A stretch of 62,586 nt of DNA, counting the filler, from Malassezia furfur (taxonomy: Eukaryota): the NCBI GenBank assembly GCA_052055015.1. It is 11 parts of 11 records of this genome, joined end to end, with 100 filler letters (N's around TTAATTAATTAA, not from the genome) between each part and the next. Parts side by side here need not be neighbours in the genome. Positions count along the whole stretch, not along the records: positions 34,455 to 40,030 come from JBQJIT010000589.1; positions 40,131 to 45,702 come from JBQJIT010000590.1; 9 more parts are not named here. One strand, given 5' to 3'. Position 1 is the stretch's first letter. Each line of letters starts with the position of its first letter. Shown piece after piece: positions 34,355 through 43,019 of this stretch. The notes under the pieces are model-generated. The model was given only the letters and a program-made list of their open reading frames with translations. It ran no database searches and was not told the DNA's origin. The translations under genes were made by a program, and so were the position numbers.

Positions 34355-34454
34355 NNNNNNNNNNNNNNNNNNNNNNNNNNNNNNNNNNNNNNNNNNNNTT
34401 AATTAATTAANNNNNNNNNNNNNNNNNNNNNNNNNNNNNNNNNNNNNNNNNNNN

Positions 34455-34561
34455 ACGCGCCCGACGCGCCGCCGGACGCGCCCAGCGGCGCGCCGCCCGC
34501 GGCGTTCCAGGGCACGGGCCACACCCTGACGCGGCGCGCCGAGGTGATCGAGCTCGACTAG
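34455..34561 (+). CDS. UFD1: C-terminal end of Ufd1 (SHP box plus terminal SUMO-interacting motif); missed by the ORF track
   Basis: The frame starting at 34457 reads 'APDAPPDAPSGAPPAAFQGTGHTLTRRAEVIELD*': an FxGxGxxL Cdc48-binding SHP box and a C-terminal EVIELD, as in fungal Ufd1. Confidence 0.7.
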
Positions 34562-34634
34562 GTAGATCGGGGCATCGGGCCTGCGTGCATAGCGACGCAT
34601 CACGTGCACGAGTGGCGCGCCACGTCCGCGTACG

Positions 34635-36287
34635 ATGTCGGCGGCCCAGGTCGGTGCGCCGCAGGCGAACACGGGATTCCGTGCGTTCAAGAACTCGGAC
34701 AAGCCCGATGAGGTGCGCCGCTCGAACCTCACCGCGGCGAAGGCGGTGAGCGACGCGGTGCGCACGTCGCTCGGGCCCAAGGGCATGGACAAGATGATCC
34801 AGACCTCCTCCGGCGAAGTCGTCATCACGAACGACGGCGCGACCATCCTGCGCCACATGGCCGTCGTGCACCCCGCGGCGCGCATGCTCGTCGACCTGTC
34901 GATGGCCCAGGACGTCGAGGCCGGCGACGGCACCACGTCGGTCGTCGTGCTCGCCGGCAGCCTCCTCGGCGCCGCCGAGCGGCTGCTGGCCAAGGGCATC
35001 CACCCCACGATCATTGCCGAGTCGTTCCAGAGCGCCGCGGCGCGCGCCGTCGCGTCGCTCGACGAGATCGCGATCCCCGTCGACCTGAGCGACCGCGACG
35101 CGCTGATCCGCGCGGCGACGACGTCACTCAGCTCCAAGGTGGTGTCGCAGTACTCGTCGGTGCTTGCGCCGATCGCCGCCGACGCCGTGCTGCGTTTGGT
35201 GGACCCCGAGACGCTGCACGCGCCCGCGGAGCGCGTGCACGCGCACGGCACGACGCGCGGGAGCGACATGATCGACCTGCGCGACATCCGCCTCGTCAAA
35301 AAGGTCGGTGGCACCATCGACGACACCGAGCTCGTCGACGGCCTCGTGCTCGAGCAGAACGCGGTCACCGCGAGCGGCGGCCCGTCGCGCGTCGAGAAGG
35401 CCAAGATCGCCGTGTGCCAGTTCCAGCTCAGCTCGCCGAAGCCCGACATGGACAACCAGATCGTGGTGAACGACTACCGGCAGATGGACAAGATTTTGAA
35501 GGAGGAGCGGCAGTACCTGCTCAACATGTGCAAGAAGATCAAAAAGACGGGGTGCAACGTGCTCCTCATGCAAAAGAGCATCCTGCGCGACGCCGTCAGC
35601 GACCTGGCGCTGCACTTCCTCGCGAAGCTCAAGATCATGGTCGTCAAGGACATCGAGCGCGACGAGATCGAGTTCATCTGCAAGTCGCTCGGCGCGACGC
35701 CGATCGCGGACATCGACGCGTTCACCGAGGACAAGCTCGCCGCCGCCGAACTCGTCGACGAGGTGCAGCACAGCGGCGCCAAGGTCGTCAAGGTCACCAA
35801 GATCAAGAACCCGGGGCGCACCGTCAGCGTGCTGTGCACCGGCTCGAACTCGCTCGTGCTCGAGGAGAGCGAGCGCAGCCTGCACGACGCGCTGTGTGTC
35901 GTGCGCTGCCTCGTGAAGAAGCGCTCCCTGATCGCCGGCGCCGGGGCGCCAGAGGTGCACATGTCGCGTGCGCTCGCGCAGTGCGCGCACACGCTCCCGT
36001 CGCTCGAGGCGTACAGCTACCAGGCGTTCGCCGAGGCGCTCGAGATCATCCCCACGACGCTCGCCGAGAACGCGGGGCTCAACCCGATCACCATCGTCAC
36101 CGAGCTCCGCAACCGCCACGCGCAGGGCGACAAGACCGCAGGGATCAACGTGCGCAAGGGCGCGATCACCAACATCCTCGAAGAAAACGTCCTGCAGCCG
36201 CTGCTCGTGTCGACGAGCGCGCTCGAGCTCGCGACCGAGACCGTGTCGCTGCTGCTGCGCATCGACGACTACCACCTTGCCCGCTAG
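34635..36287 (+). CDS. CCT4: T-complex protein 1 subunit delta
   Basis: '[33 protein letters not shown]', '[13 protein letters not shown]', '[28 protein letters not shown]'. Confidence 0.95.
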   Translation: MSAAQVGAPQANTGFRAFKNSDKPDEVRRSNLTAAKAVSDAVRTSLGPKGMDKMIQTSSGEVVITNDGATILRHMAVVHPAARMLVDLSMAQDVEAGDGTTSVVVLAGSLLGAAERLLAKGIHPTIIAESFQSAAARAVASLDEIAIPVDLSDRDALIRAATTSLSSKVVSQYSSVLAPIAADAVLRLVDPETLHAPAERVHAHGTTRGSDMIDLRDIRLVKKVGGTIDDTELVDGLVLEQNAVTASGGPSRVEKAKIAVCQFQLSSPKPDMDNQIVVNDYRQMDKILKEERQYLLNMCKKIKKTGCNVLLMQKSILRDAVSDLALHFLAKLKIMVVKDIERDEIEFICKSLGATPIADIDAFTEDKLAAAELVDEVQHSGAKVVKVTKIKNPGRTVSVLCTGSNSLVLEESERSLHDALCVVRCLVKKRSLIAGAGAPEVHMSRALAQCAHTLPSLEAYSYQAFAEALEIIPTTLAENAGLNPITIVTELRNRHAQGDKTAGINVRKGAITNILEENVLQPLLVSTSALELATETVSLLLRIDDYHLAR

Positions 36288-36381
36288 CGCCATAGCCTCC
36301 ACCGACGGAATTGCGCAAATGCCCCCCGGCGCGCCGCGTGCCCGGGCAGTGCTCCTCCACCTCGACGCCCGACGCCGCACC

Positions 36382-37464
36382 ATGTCGCGTCCGCTGCCGG
36401 CCCCGCCCGTGCCGCACGAGTACGAGAGCCACCCGGTGCCGGTGAACAACCAGCCGATGTACCTCCAGCCGTACCACGACACGCCGACGTACACGGCCGA
36501 CGACTCGTTCGCGCGCCACAGCTCCACCTCCTTCCAGGACGAGGCGAAGGCGCACGAGCAGCCGTCCGCGTTCGAAGAGTCCACACAGCACCACGGCAAC
36601 GCCGAAGAGGCGTACTACGCGCCCGCGATGTACGATGCGTCGCCGTCGCCGAAGCACCGCAACGGCATCTGGTCGTACGAAGACCGCCGCGCGTTCCAGC
36701 GGCAGCCGTGGTGGGCCAAACTGCTGCGCGTCGCCGCGTTCATCTTCTTCTTCGGCTTGATCGTCGCGCTGTCGGTCGTAATGCTGATCGCCATCTTCCT
36801 GCGCCCGCCCAACATCGGGCTCCAGAGCCTCGACTTCCCGAACAGCGCGTCGCAGGTCGAGATCCAGGACCAGTCGTTCGCGGTGAATGCGTCGCTCACC
36901 GCGGTCATCGCCAACCCCAACTACATCTCGGCACGCATCAAGAACCTCACCGCGGTGCCGTACGACCCGAGCGTCCGCTCCATGCCGCTCGGCAACTGCA
37001 ACGTGCCGCAGAAGACGATCGAGGCGCGCAAGAACACCACGCTCACGATCCCGTGCCGGCTGTCGTACAACGTGCAGGACGACTCGAACCTGAGCGTGAT
37101 CAAGGACGTCGTGAACCGGTGCGGCCTCGTGCAGGGCAGCTCGAAGCAGAACCTGCAGATCCTGTTCGACTCGCACGTCACGATCCAGTTCCTCGCCTTC
37201 AACATCCCCATCTCGATCTCGCCGACCGTCTCGACCGAGTGCCCCGTCACCCGCAAAGAGGTCAAGCAGGCGCTCGGCGACCACGCCGACATCCTCGGCC
37301 AGCTCGGCCTCGGCAACCTCGCGCGCCGCGACGAGGTGCCCGACGAGCCGCGCGTGCCCCTCCACGAGCGCCTGCGGGCGCTGGCGATGCGCGTCCTGCG
37401 CACCCTCACGCGCGGCCCCGAGGACTTCGAGACGGACCCCGCCCTGCACGACTCCTCGCTGTAA
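36382..37464 (+). CDS. Single-pass membrane protein with a LEA_2-like luminal domain
   Basis: Disordered N-terminus, one long TM helix followed by 'LRPPNIGL', then 'IANPNYISARIKNLTA' and conserved-looking Cys residues. Confidence 0.7.
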   Translation: MSRPLPAPPVPHEYESHPVPVNNQPMYLQPYHDTPTYTADDSFARHSSTSFQDEAKAHEQPSAFEESTQHHGNAEEAYYAPAMYDASPSPKHRNGIWSYEDRRAFQRQPWWAKLLRVAAFIFFFGLIVALSVVMLIAIFLRPPNIGLQSLDFPNSASQVEIQDQSFAVNASLTAVIANPNYISARIKNLTAVPYDPSVRSMPLGNCNVPQKTIEARKNTTLTIPCRLSYNVQDDSNLSVIKDVVNRCGLVQGSSKQNLQILFDSHVTIQFLAFNIPISISPTVSTECPVTRKEVKQALGDHADILGQLGLGNLARRDEVPDEPRVPLHERLRALAMRVLRTLTRGPEDFETDPALHDSSL

Positions 37465-37485
37465 ATAGACTGCCTCCACACACGC

Positions 37486-38358
37486 ATGTCCGAGCCGTAT
37501 GCCGCCCTGGCGCACCTCGCGCTGAATGCCGAGCGCCCGCGCACCGAGTGGCTCAACATGGGCGACTGGTCCCGCGCACGCACCTTCCCGGACGCGTGCG
37601 CGGCACTCGCACGCCGCCTGCACGACGCCGCGCGCCTTCCCCCGCACGCGCGCCTGCTCGATGTGGGGCACGGATGTGGAGACTCGCTCCTCCTCCTCCT
37701 GGACGAGCGCGCACCGCACACGCTCCACGGCGTCACGTCGCTCGCGGCACACGCGCAGCGCGCACAGGCACGCACAGGCGACCGCGCCACCGTACACTGC
37801 GCGGACGCCGTCGCGTGGCTCGCACAGACGCCGCACACCTACGACGCGGTGCTCGCGCTCGACTGCGCGTACCACTTTGCCGACCGCCCCGCGTTCTTCC
37901 GCGCGGCGCACGCGGCGCTCGCGCCGCGCGGCACACTCGCGCTCGTCGACCTCGTCGCCGCACACCCCTACCCCACCGACGCCGCGTTCGGCGCTTCGTC
38001 CCTGCCGGCGCCCACGCATCCGCCGCGCGCGTGGGCGCGCGCCAAGCACCGCGTCGCGTGCGCGCTGAGCGGCACGCCGCCGCAGTCGTTCGTGTCCATC
38101 GACACGTACCGCACGCAGCTCGCCGACGCCGGCTTCGCGCCAGACGCCGTCGAGGCGACCGACATCTCTGCGGACGTCTTCCCCGGGTTTGCGCACTTCC
38201 TCACCCACCTCGGCACCGGCGACGAGCGCGTATGGCGCGCGGGGTCCTCGCTGCAGCTCTACGCACTACGTCTGTTCGGCCGCGTCGTCGCGCAGTGGGC
38301 ACGCGGCGGCAACACGGGGCTCGTGCGCTGCGTGCTGGTCGTCGCGACGAAGCGCTAG
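37486..38358 (+). CDS. Class I SAM-dependent methyltransferase
   Basis: 'WLNMGDW', motif I 'LLDVGHGCGD', 'YDAVLALDCAYHF', 'LAPRGTLALVD'. Confidence 0.85.
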   Translation: MSEPYAALAHLALNAERPRTEWLNMGDWSRARTFPDACAALARRLHDAARLPPHARLLDVGHGCGDSLLLLLDERAPHTLHGVTSLAAHAQRAQARTGDRATVHCADAVAWLAQTPHTYDAVLALDCAYHFADRPAFFRAAHAALAPRGTLALVDLVAAHPYPTDAAFGASSLPAPTHPPRAWARAKHRVACALSGTPPQSFVSIDTYRTQLADAGFAPDAVEATDISADVFPGFAHFLTHLGTGDERVWRAGSSLQLYALRLFGRVVAQWARGGNTGLVRCVLVVATKR

Positions 38359-39524
38359 GGCGGCACAGGCACCACCACGCCCGCATCGCCCTGGGCGTGC
38401 ACCTGCACACGCGGCGCATGGACGATGGTGCCGTCGATGCACGCCGTGTGCGCCTCGTCGCCGTGCGCCTCCCACGTATACCCCGCGGCGCGAAAGTACT
38501 CCACGACGGGCGTCCCCGGACCCTGGTGCACGACACGCCCCTCGGCGTCGTACACGTACGCGACGTGCGCGCCCTCGCTATACATCCCGCGCATGAGCAC
38601 CTCGGTGAGCGGCCCCTCGCCAAACGCGCGGCGCGCGTCCGCGTCCGCATCCGCGCGCACGGTGGGGCTGCGAGCCGGGCGGAGGACGACGACGTCGAGC
38701 GCCGCGTGTGGGCGGCGCAGCGCCGCGCGGCAGTGCCCGCTCGCGAACGGCGCGGGCACAAAGGTCGGCTCGAGCCGCTCGACGACCATCGCATTCATGT
38801 ACACAAACGGGCCGTCGACAACGACGTCGCCGGCGTCCGTGCGCTCATAGTCGTCGCCGACGTCCTCAAACGCGTCCGCCTGCGGACGGTAGACGCGCAC
38901 GCCGCATGCGCCCGCGTGCAGCGTCAGGCGCGCGCGGTACCACGTCGCGACGTTCTGCATCGCCGCCATCTTGAAGCGCTCGACGCCCGGGTGCTCCGCC
39001 CGCAGCGCCTCCGAGTCGCGCAGGATCGCGGCGTGCAGCGCGTGCGACGTCACGACGCACGCGAGGTGGGCGGCCGGCGCGCGCACGCGCAGCACCGTGA
39101 GCGCCTGTGCGGGCGCGGCGGCATCACGCGCACCAAGCGCGCGCAGGCGCCATGCGTCGGCGTCCGCCGCGTCGGCGGCCGGCAGCGTCGGGCGGTACAA
39201 CGACGCGTACAGCGCATTCGCCGTGCCCGTCGGCACAAGAACTACCTGAACAGGATGGGCCAGGCGTGCGCGCGCGCCGAGCAGGCCCTCGAGCAGCTCG
39301 TGCAGCGTGCCGTCGCCGCCGAGCACCACGAGCATCGAGGGTGGCTCGTGCGCAAGCTGCGCGCCGATCCGCCGCGCGCCGTGCTCGGGCTCGGTCGTGT
39401 AGGTCGCGATGTGCGACGCGTCCCCACGGACGACGTCGCGCAGCCACGGCGCAACGTGCGCGGCGTACAGCGCGGGCGCCGCACCGTGCCCCGCCGCGGC
39501 ATTGCTCACCACAGCGACGTGCAT
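38355..39524 (-). CDS. Diacylglycerol/sphingoid base kinase (DAGK_cat) family protein
   Basis: 'VVSNAAAGHG', 'LGGDGTLHEL', 'VPTGTANALY', C-terminal 'CIDG'. Confidence 0.85.
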   Translation of the reverse strand: MHVAVVSNAAAGHGAAPALYAAHVAPWLRDVVRGDASHIATYTTEPEHGARRIGAQLAHEPPSMLVVLGGDGTLHELLEGLLGARARLAHPVQVVLVPTGTANALYASLYRPTLPAADAADADAWRLRALGARDAAAPAQALTVLRVRAPAAHLACVVTSHALHAAILRDSEALRAEHPGVERFKMAAMQNVATWYRARLTLHAGACGVRVYRPQADAFEDVGDDYERTDAGDVVVDGPFVYMNAMVVERLEPTFVPAPFASGHCRAALRRPHAALDVVVLRPARSPTVRADADADARRAFGEGPLTEVLMRGMYSEGAHVAYVYDAEGRVVHQGPGTPVVEYFRAAGYTWEAHGDEAHTACIDGTIVHAPRVQVHAQGDAGVVVPVPP

Positions 39525-39526
39525 AG

Positions 39527-39538
39527 CTTAGTCAGCCA
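39527..39538. promoter_or_regulatory. TTAGTCAGC bZIP (AP-1/Yap-like) element in a 38-bp divergent promoter; also at 45110-45118, 55378-55386 and 57780-57788
   Basis: The same 9-mer occurs four times in or at the edge of intergenic spacers upstream of genes. Confidence 0.6.
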
Positions 39539-39562
39539 CTACGTGCGAGGACCCTTGGCGCC

Positions 39563-40030
39563 ATGTCGACCGAGGCGCCTGTGGACTTGCGCGACCTGAG
39601 CGACGCCCTCGAAGAGAGCGATGCGCCGCACACCGACGCGCCACGCACCGACGCGCCGCACACCGACGCGGACGAGCGCGCCACGGAGCGCGCCACGGAG
39701 CCGCACGCCGCGCAGCTCGAGCAGCTCGTGGGCATGTTCCCCGACACGCCGCGTGCGACGCTCCAGCAGCTCCTCGTGCAGCACCACGGCAACCTCGACG
39801 CCGCCATCCCGGCCGCACTCGAGGTGAGCGACCCCGACTTTACGCCGACGGCCGCCGACCTCGCCGTGCAGCAGCACGCTTCGCAGCCGGGCGCGGGCCA
39901 GGGGCCATTCCCGGTGGCCCATGCGTACCCGCCGCCCGTGCCGCCGCGCCCCACGGTGCCGACGCAGCAGTGGGACCCGACGCAGCTGCGGTACAGCCCG
40001 CGCGTGATGCGTGGGCGCGGCGACCGCTCG
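39563..40030 (+). CDS. CUE-domain ubiquitin-binding protein (Cue5-like), 3' truncated
   Basis: 'LEQLVGMFPDTPRATLQQLLVQHHGNLDAAIPAALEVSDP' with the CUE MFP motif. Confidence 0.75.
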
Positions 40031-40130
40031 NNNNNNNNNNNNNNNNNNNNNNNNNNNNNNNNNNNNNNNNNNNNTTAATTAATTAANNNNNNNNNNNNNN
40101 NNNNNNNNNNNNNNNNNNNNNNNNNNNNNN

Positions 40131-42464
40131 CCGAGAGCCGTTCCGACCCGCGCAGCACCCCCGCCCGCGATCACGGGCCTCGACGAGGTGCTCACCGCGC
40201 TCCTCGTCGACGCCCACCCCACGCCCACCGCCGGCCGCCGGCCGCTGCAGGGCGTGTATGCGGACGTGGACGCGACGTGTGCGCTCTCCGACGAGGCGAC
40301 CGCCGCCCTGTGCACGCGCGTGCACACGCGCCTCAAACGCAGCGTCGAGGCGCTCTTCCACACGCTCGGGCCGCCGCCGCCCCGCACCGACCGCGCGGCA
40401 TGTGCACAGTGGGCGACGCAGCTCGGCGCGCTGTGGACGACGTGTGCGGCGCGGCTCGAGTGCGTCGCTCAGCTCCTTGCGCCGCTCACGACGAGCGCGT
40501 GGTATGGAGCGCATGCGCCGCCGTCGCTCGACGCCGTGTGCTTTGCGCACCTGGCGCGGCAAGTGCGGTCGGCGCCGCACGCCCAGGACGTGTTTATCCA
40601 GGGGGTTGTACAGCTCGCCGACGAGGTGCGCCGAGAGGCGGGCGCAGACGGCCAAGTGAGGGAGGGCCAGGGGGCGGCCGACGCTACTGAGGCGGCCAGC
40701 ACTACCGGGGCAGCCGACGCCACTGAGGCGGCCGACGCCACCGAGGCCTCCGACGCCATCAAAACTACCGACGCCATCAAAGCCACCGACGCCACCAACG
40801 CCACCATCCACGCGCTGCTCACCCTCGGCACGCGCATGGACCTCGGCGAGGCGCTCCACGCCGCCCTGCGCACCGACGCACGCACCTATGCCACCGGCCT
40901 TGCCACCGACGTCTACACCGCCGCCGACACCGACGCCGACGCAACGCACATCGCCGCGGGCCTCCCCCGCCTCGCGGCCTGCCTCGCGCGCGAGCGGCAG
41001 TGGGCGCCGTGGCTGTACGGCGCGTCGGACGCCGCCGCGGTCGTCGACGCGATGCAGACGACGCTCGTCACCGAGCACGTCGACGCGCTCGTGCGTGCGG
41101 TGCCGGTGCTCCTCGACGGCGCAGCCCACGGCGCACTCGCCCAAGTCTATAGGCTGCTGCGCGACGCCGACGCGCTCGGTGCGCTGCGCACGGCGTTCGC
41201 CACATACGTCCACGACGCGGGCGTGCGCATTGTGCGCGGCCCCGAAGACACGCTCATCGCCGCGCTGCTCGACCTGATCGAGGCGATGCAGCGCGTCGTG
41301 CGCGTGTGCTTTGCGTCCGACGCGGCGATGACCTATGCGATGCGCGACAGCTTCGAGGCGTGCGTGAACGCGGCCGGCAGCAAGCCCGCCGAGCTCCTCG
41401 CGCGCTTCGCGGACGCCAAGCTGCGCGCGGGCAACAAGGCGATGACCGACGCCGAGATGGACGCGTGCATGACGCAGGTCCTCGCGCTCTTCCGCTTCCT
41501 GCGCGACAAGGACATGTTCGAGGAGTTCTACAAGCGGTGCTTTGCGCGGCGCCTGCTCCTCTCGCGCTCGGCCAGCGACGACGCAGAGCGCGCGATGCTG
41601 CTCAAGCTCAAGGACGAGTGTGGCCCCGACTTCACCGCCCAGCTCGAGACCATGCTCAAGGACGTGCAGCTCTCCGACGGGCTGATGGCCGCGTACGCCG
41701 ACCGCCGCACCGGCGCGCCGTTCGACTTCGAGGCGAGCGTCCTCACCCAGGCCCACTGGCCGACGTTCCCCGACACGCCCGTAGCGCTCCCGGCGCCGCT
41801 CCAGGCCGAGCTCGCGCGCTTCGAGGCGTTCTACCACACGTGCCACTCGGGCCGTGCGCTGCACTGGCGCCACGCGCTCGGCTTCTTCCTGCTGACCGCG
41901 GACCTCGGCGCGGCCGGCACGCGCGAGCTGCATGTGAGCACGTTCCAGGCCGCGGTGCTGCTCGCGTTCAACCGCGTGCCGCGCGGCGCCGCTGTGCCGT
42001 ACGCGACGCTTGCCGAGGCGACGCAGCTGCCGCCCGCCGAGCTGCGGCGCACGCTGCAGAGCCTCGCGTGCGGGCCGATCCCGACGCGGGTCCTGCGCAA
42101 GCATCCGCAGGGCCGCGACGTGAACGACACCGACACGTTCACCGTGAACGAGGCGCTGAAGAACGAGCGGCGGCGCATCCGCATCAACCAGATCCAGCAC
42201 AAGGACACGCGCGAGGAGCAGCGGTCCACGGAGCAGCGCGTGTTTATCGACCGCGAGCTGCTGCTGCAGGCGGCGGCGATGCGTGTGCTCAAGGCGCGCA
42301 AGACGATTGCGCACGCCGAGCTCACCACCGAGGTCGTGCACCAGATCAAGAACCGGTTTGCGGTCGATGCCGCGGAGCTGAAGCGCGCGTTTGAGCGGCT
42401 CATTGAGAAGGACTGTATGGAGCGCGTCGAGGGGCAGCGCGGAGTGTATCGATACATTGCATAG
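40131..42464 (+). CDS. CUL4: Cullin-4-like scaffold (start probably in the gap; N-terminal half divergent)
   Basis: 'KDMFEEFYKRCFARRLLLSRSASDDAE', 'TLQSLACG..RVLRKHPQGRDV', 'IRINQIQ..EEQRSTEQRVFIDR', neddylation motif 'MRVLKARK'. Confidence 0.85.
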   Translation, partial: PRAVPTRAAPPPAITGLDEVLTALLVDAHPTPTAGRRPLQGVYADVDATCALSDEATAALCTRVHTRLKRSVEALFHTLGPPPPRTDRAACAQWATQLGALWTTCAARLECVAQLLAPLTTSAWYGAHAPPSLDAVCFAHLARQVRSAPHAQDVFIQGVVQLADEVRREAGADGQVREGQGAADATEAASTTGAADATEAADATEASDAIKTTDAIKATDATNATIHALLTLGTRMDLGEALHAALRTDARTYATGLATDVYTAADTDADATHIAAGLPRLAACLARERQWAPWLYGASDAAAVVDAMQTTLVTEHVDALVRAVPVLLDGAAHGALAQVYRLLRDADALGALRTAFATYVHDAGVRIVRGPEDTLIAALLDLIEAMQRVVRVCFASDAAMTYAMRDSFEACVNAAGSKPAELLARFADAKLRAGNKAMTDAEMDACMTQVLALFRFLRDKDMFEEFYKRCFARRLLLSRSASDDAERAMLLKLKDECGPDFTAQLETMLKDVQLSDGLMAAYADRRTGAPFDFEASVLTQAHWPTFPDTPVALPAPLQAELARFEAFYHTCHSGRALHWRHALGFFLLTADLGAAGTRELHVSTFQAAVLLAFNRVPRGAAVPYATLAEATQLPPAELRRTLQSLACGPIPTRVLRKHPQGRDVNDTDTFTVNEALKNERRRIRINQIQHKDTREEQRSTEQRVFIDRELLLQAAAMRVLKARKTIAHAELTTEVVHQIKNRFAVDAAELKRAFERLIEKDCMERVEGQRGVYRYIA
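40675..40805 (+). repeat. Coding 18-bp minisatellite (A-D-A-T-E-A-like units) inserted in CUL4
   Basis: GCCGACGCCACTGAGGCG-type units encoding AADATEAASTTGAADATEAADATEASDAIKTTDAIKATDATNAT. Confidence 0.8.
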
Positions 42465-42499
42465 GAGAGGAAGAAGTGCAGAGGGAGTTGGGCGGCGTG

Positions 42500-42905
42500 G
42501 CGAGGGGCGCCGAGGCCAGGAAGGCCGGTGGCCAGCGGTGCCGAGGCCAGGCGGGCCAGAGTGAGGGCCCAAGAAGCCGGACCACAGCGAGGGAGCAAGA
42601 GGCCAGGCCACACGAGGCCCCGAGGCAGGCCCACAAGGTATGGGGCGAGGCGCCAGGCGGGACGTGGCGGGGCGCAGCGAGGCTACAAGAGGCACGGTGA
42701 GGCCGCCGCCAGCTTCCGGCGAGGCTAAGCGAGGCACGACCAGGCTACGGCCAGGCACGGCCAGGCCACTGCCAGCTTCCGGCGAGGCTACAAGAGGAAC
42801 GTTGAGGCTACAAGAGGCACGGCGAGGCTACCGCCAGCTTCCGGCGAGGCCACCGCCAGACACGGCCAGCCCTCGGCCAGCCCCCGGCCAGCCCCCGGCC
42901 AGGCT
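42500..42905. repeat. Non-coding degenerate satellite built from GAGGC/CAGGC units with a ~62-63 bp higher-order period
   Basis: GCCAGCTTCCGGCGAGGC at 42708, 42771 and 42833; GAGGCTACAAGAGG at 42679, 42784 and 42804. Confidence 0.75.
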
Positions 42906-43019
42906 ACGCACGGCCCCACCCAGGCAATGCATCGCTCACTACATCGAACGGCCCGGCCGCGCGGCACCCCCGGCATCGGCCCGCCAGACACCCACGCCCA
43001 GCACACCCACGCACCAGCA

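Noticed and set aside
37453..37464. C-terminal SSL of the LEA_2-like protein as a PTS1
   Set aside because: Weak variant on a probable luminal tail of a membrane protein.
42708..42850. Three 18-bp repeats with 44-45 bp spacers as a CRISPR array
   Set aside because: Eukaryotic context, no cas genes, repeats too short, and the spacers are self-similar; this is a minisatellite.
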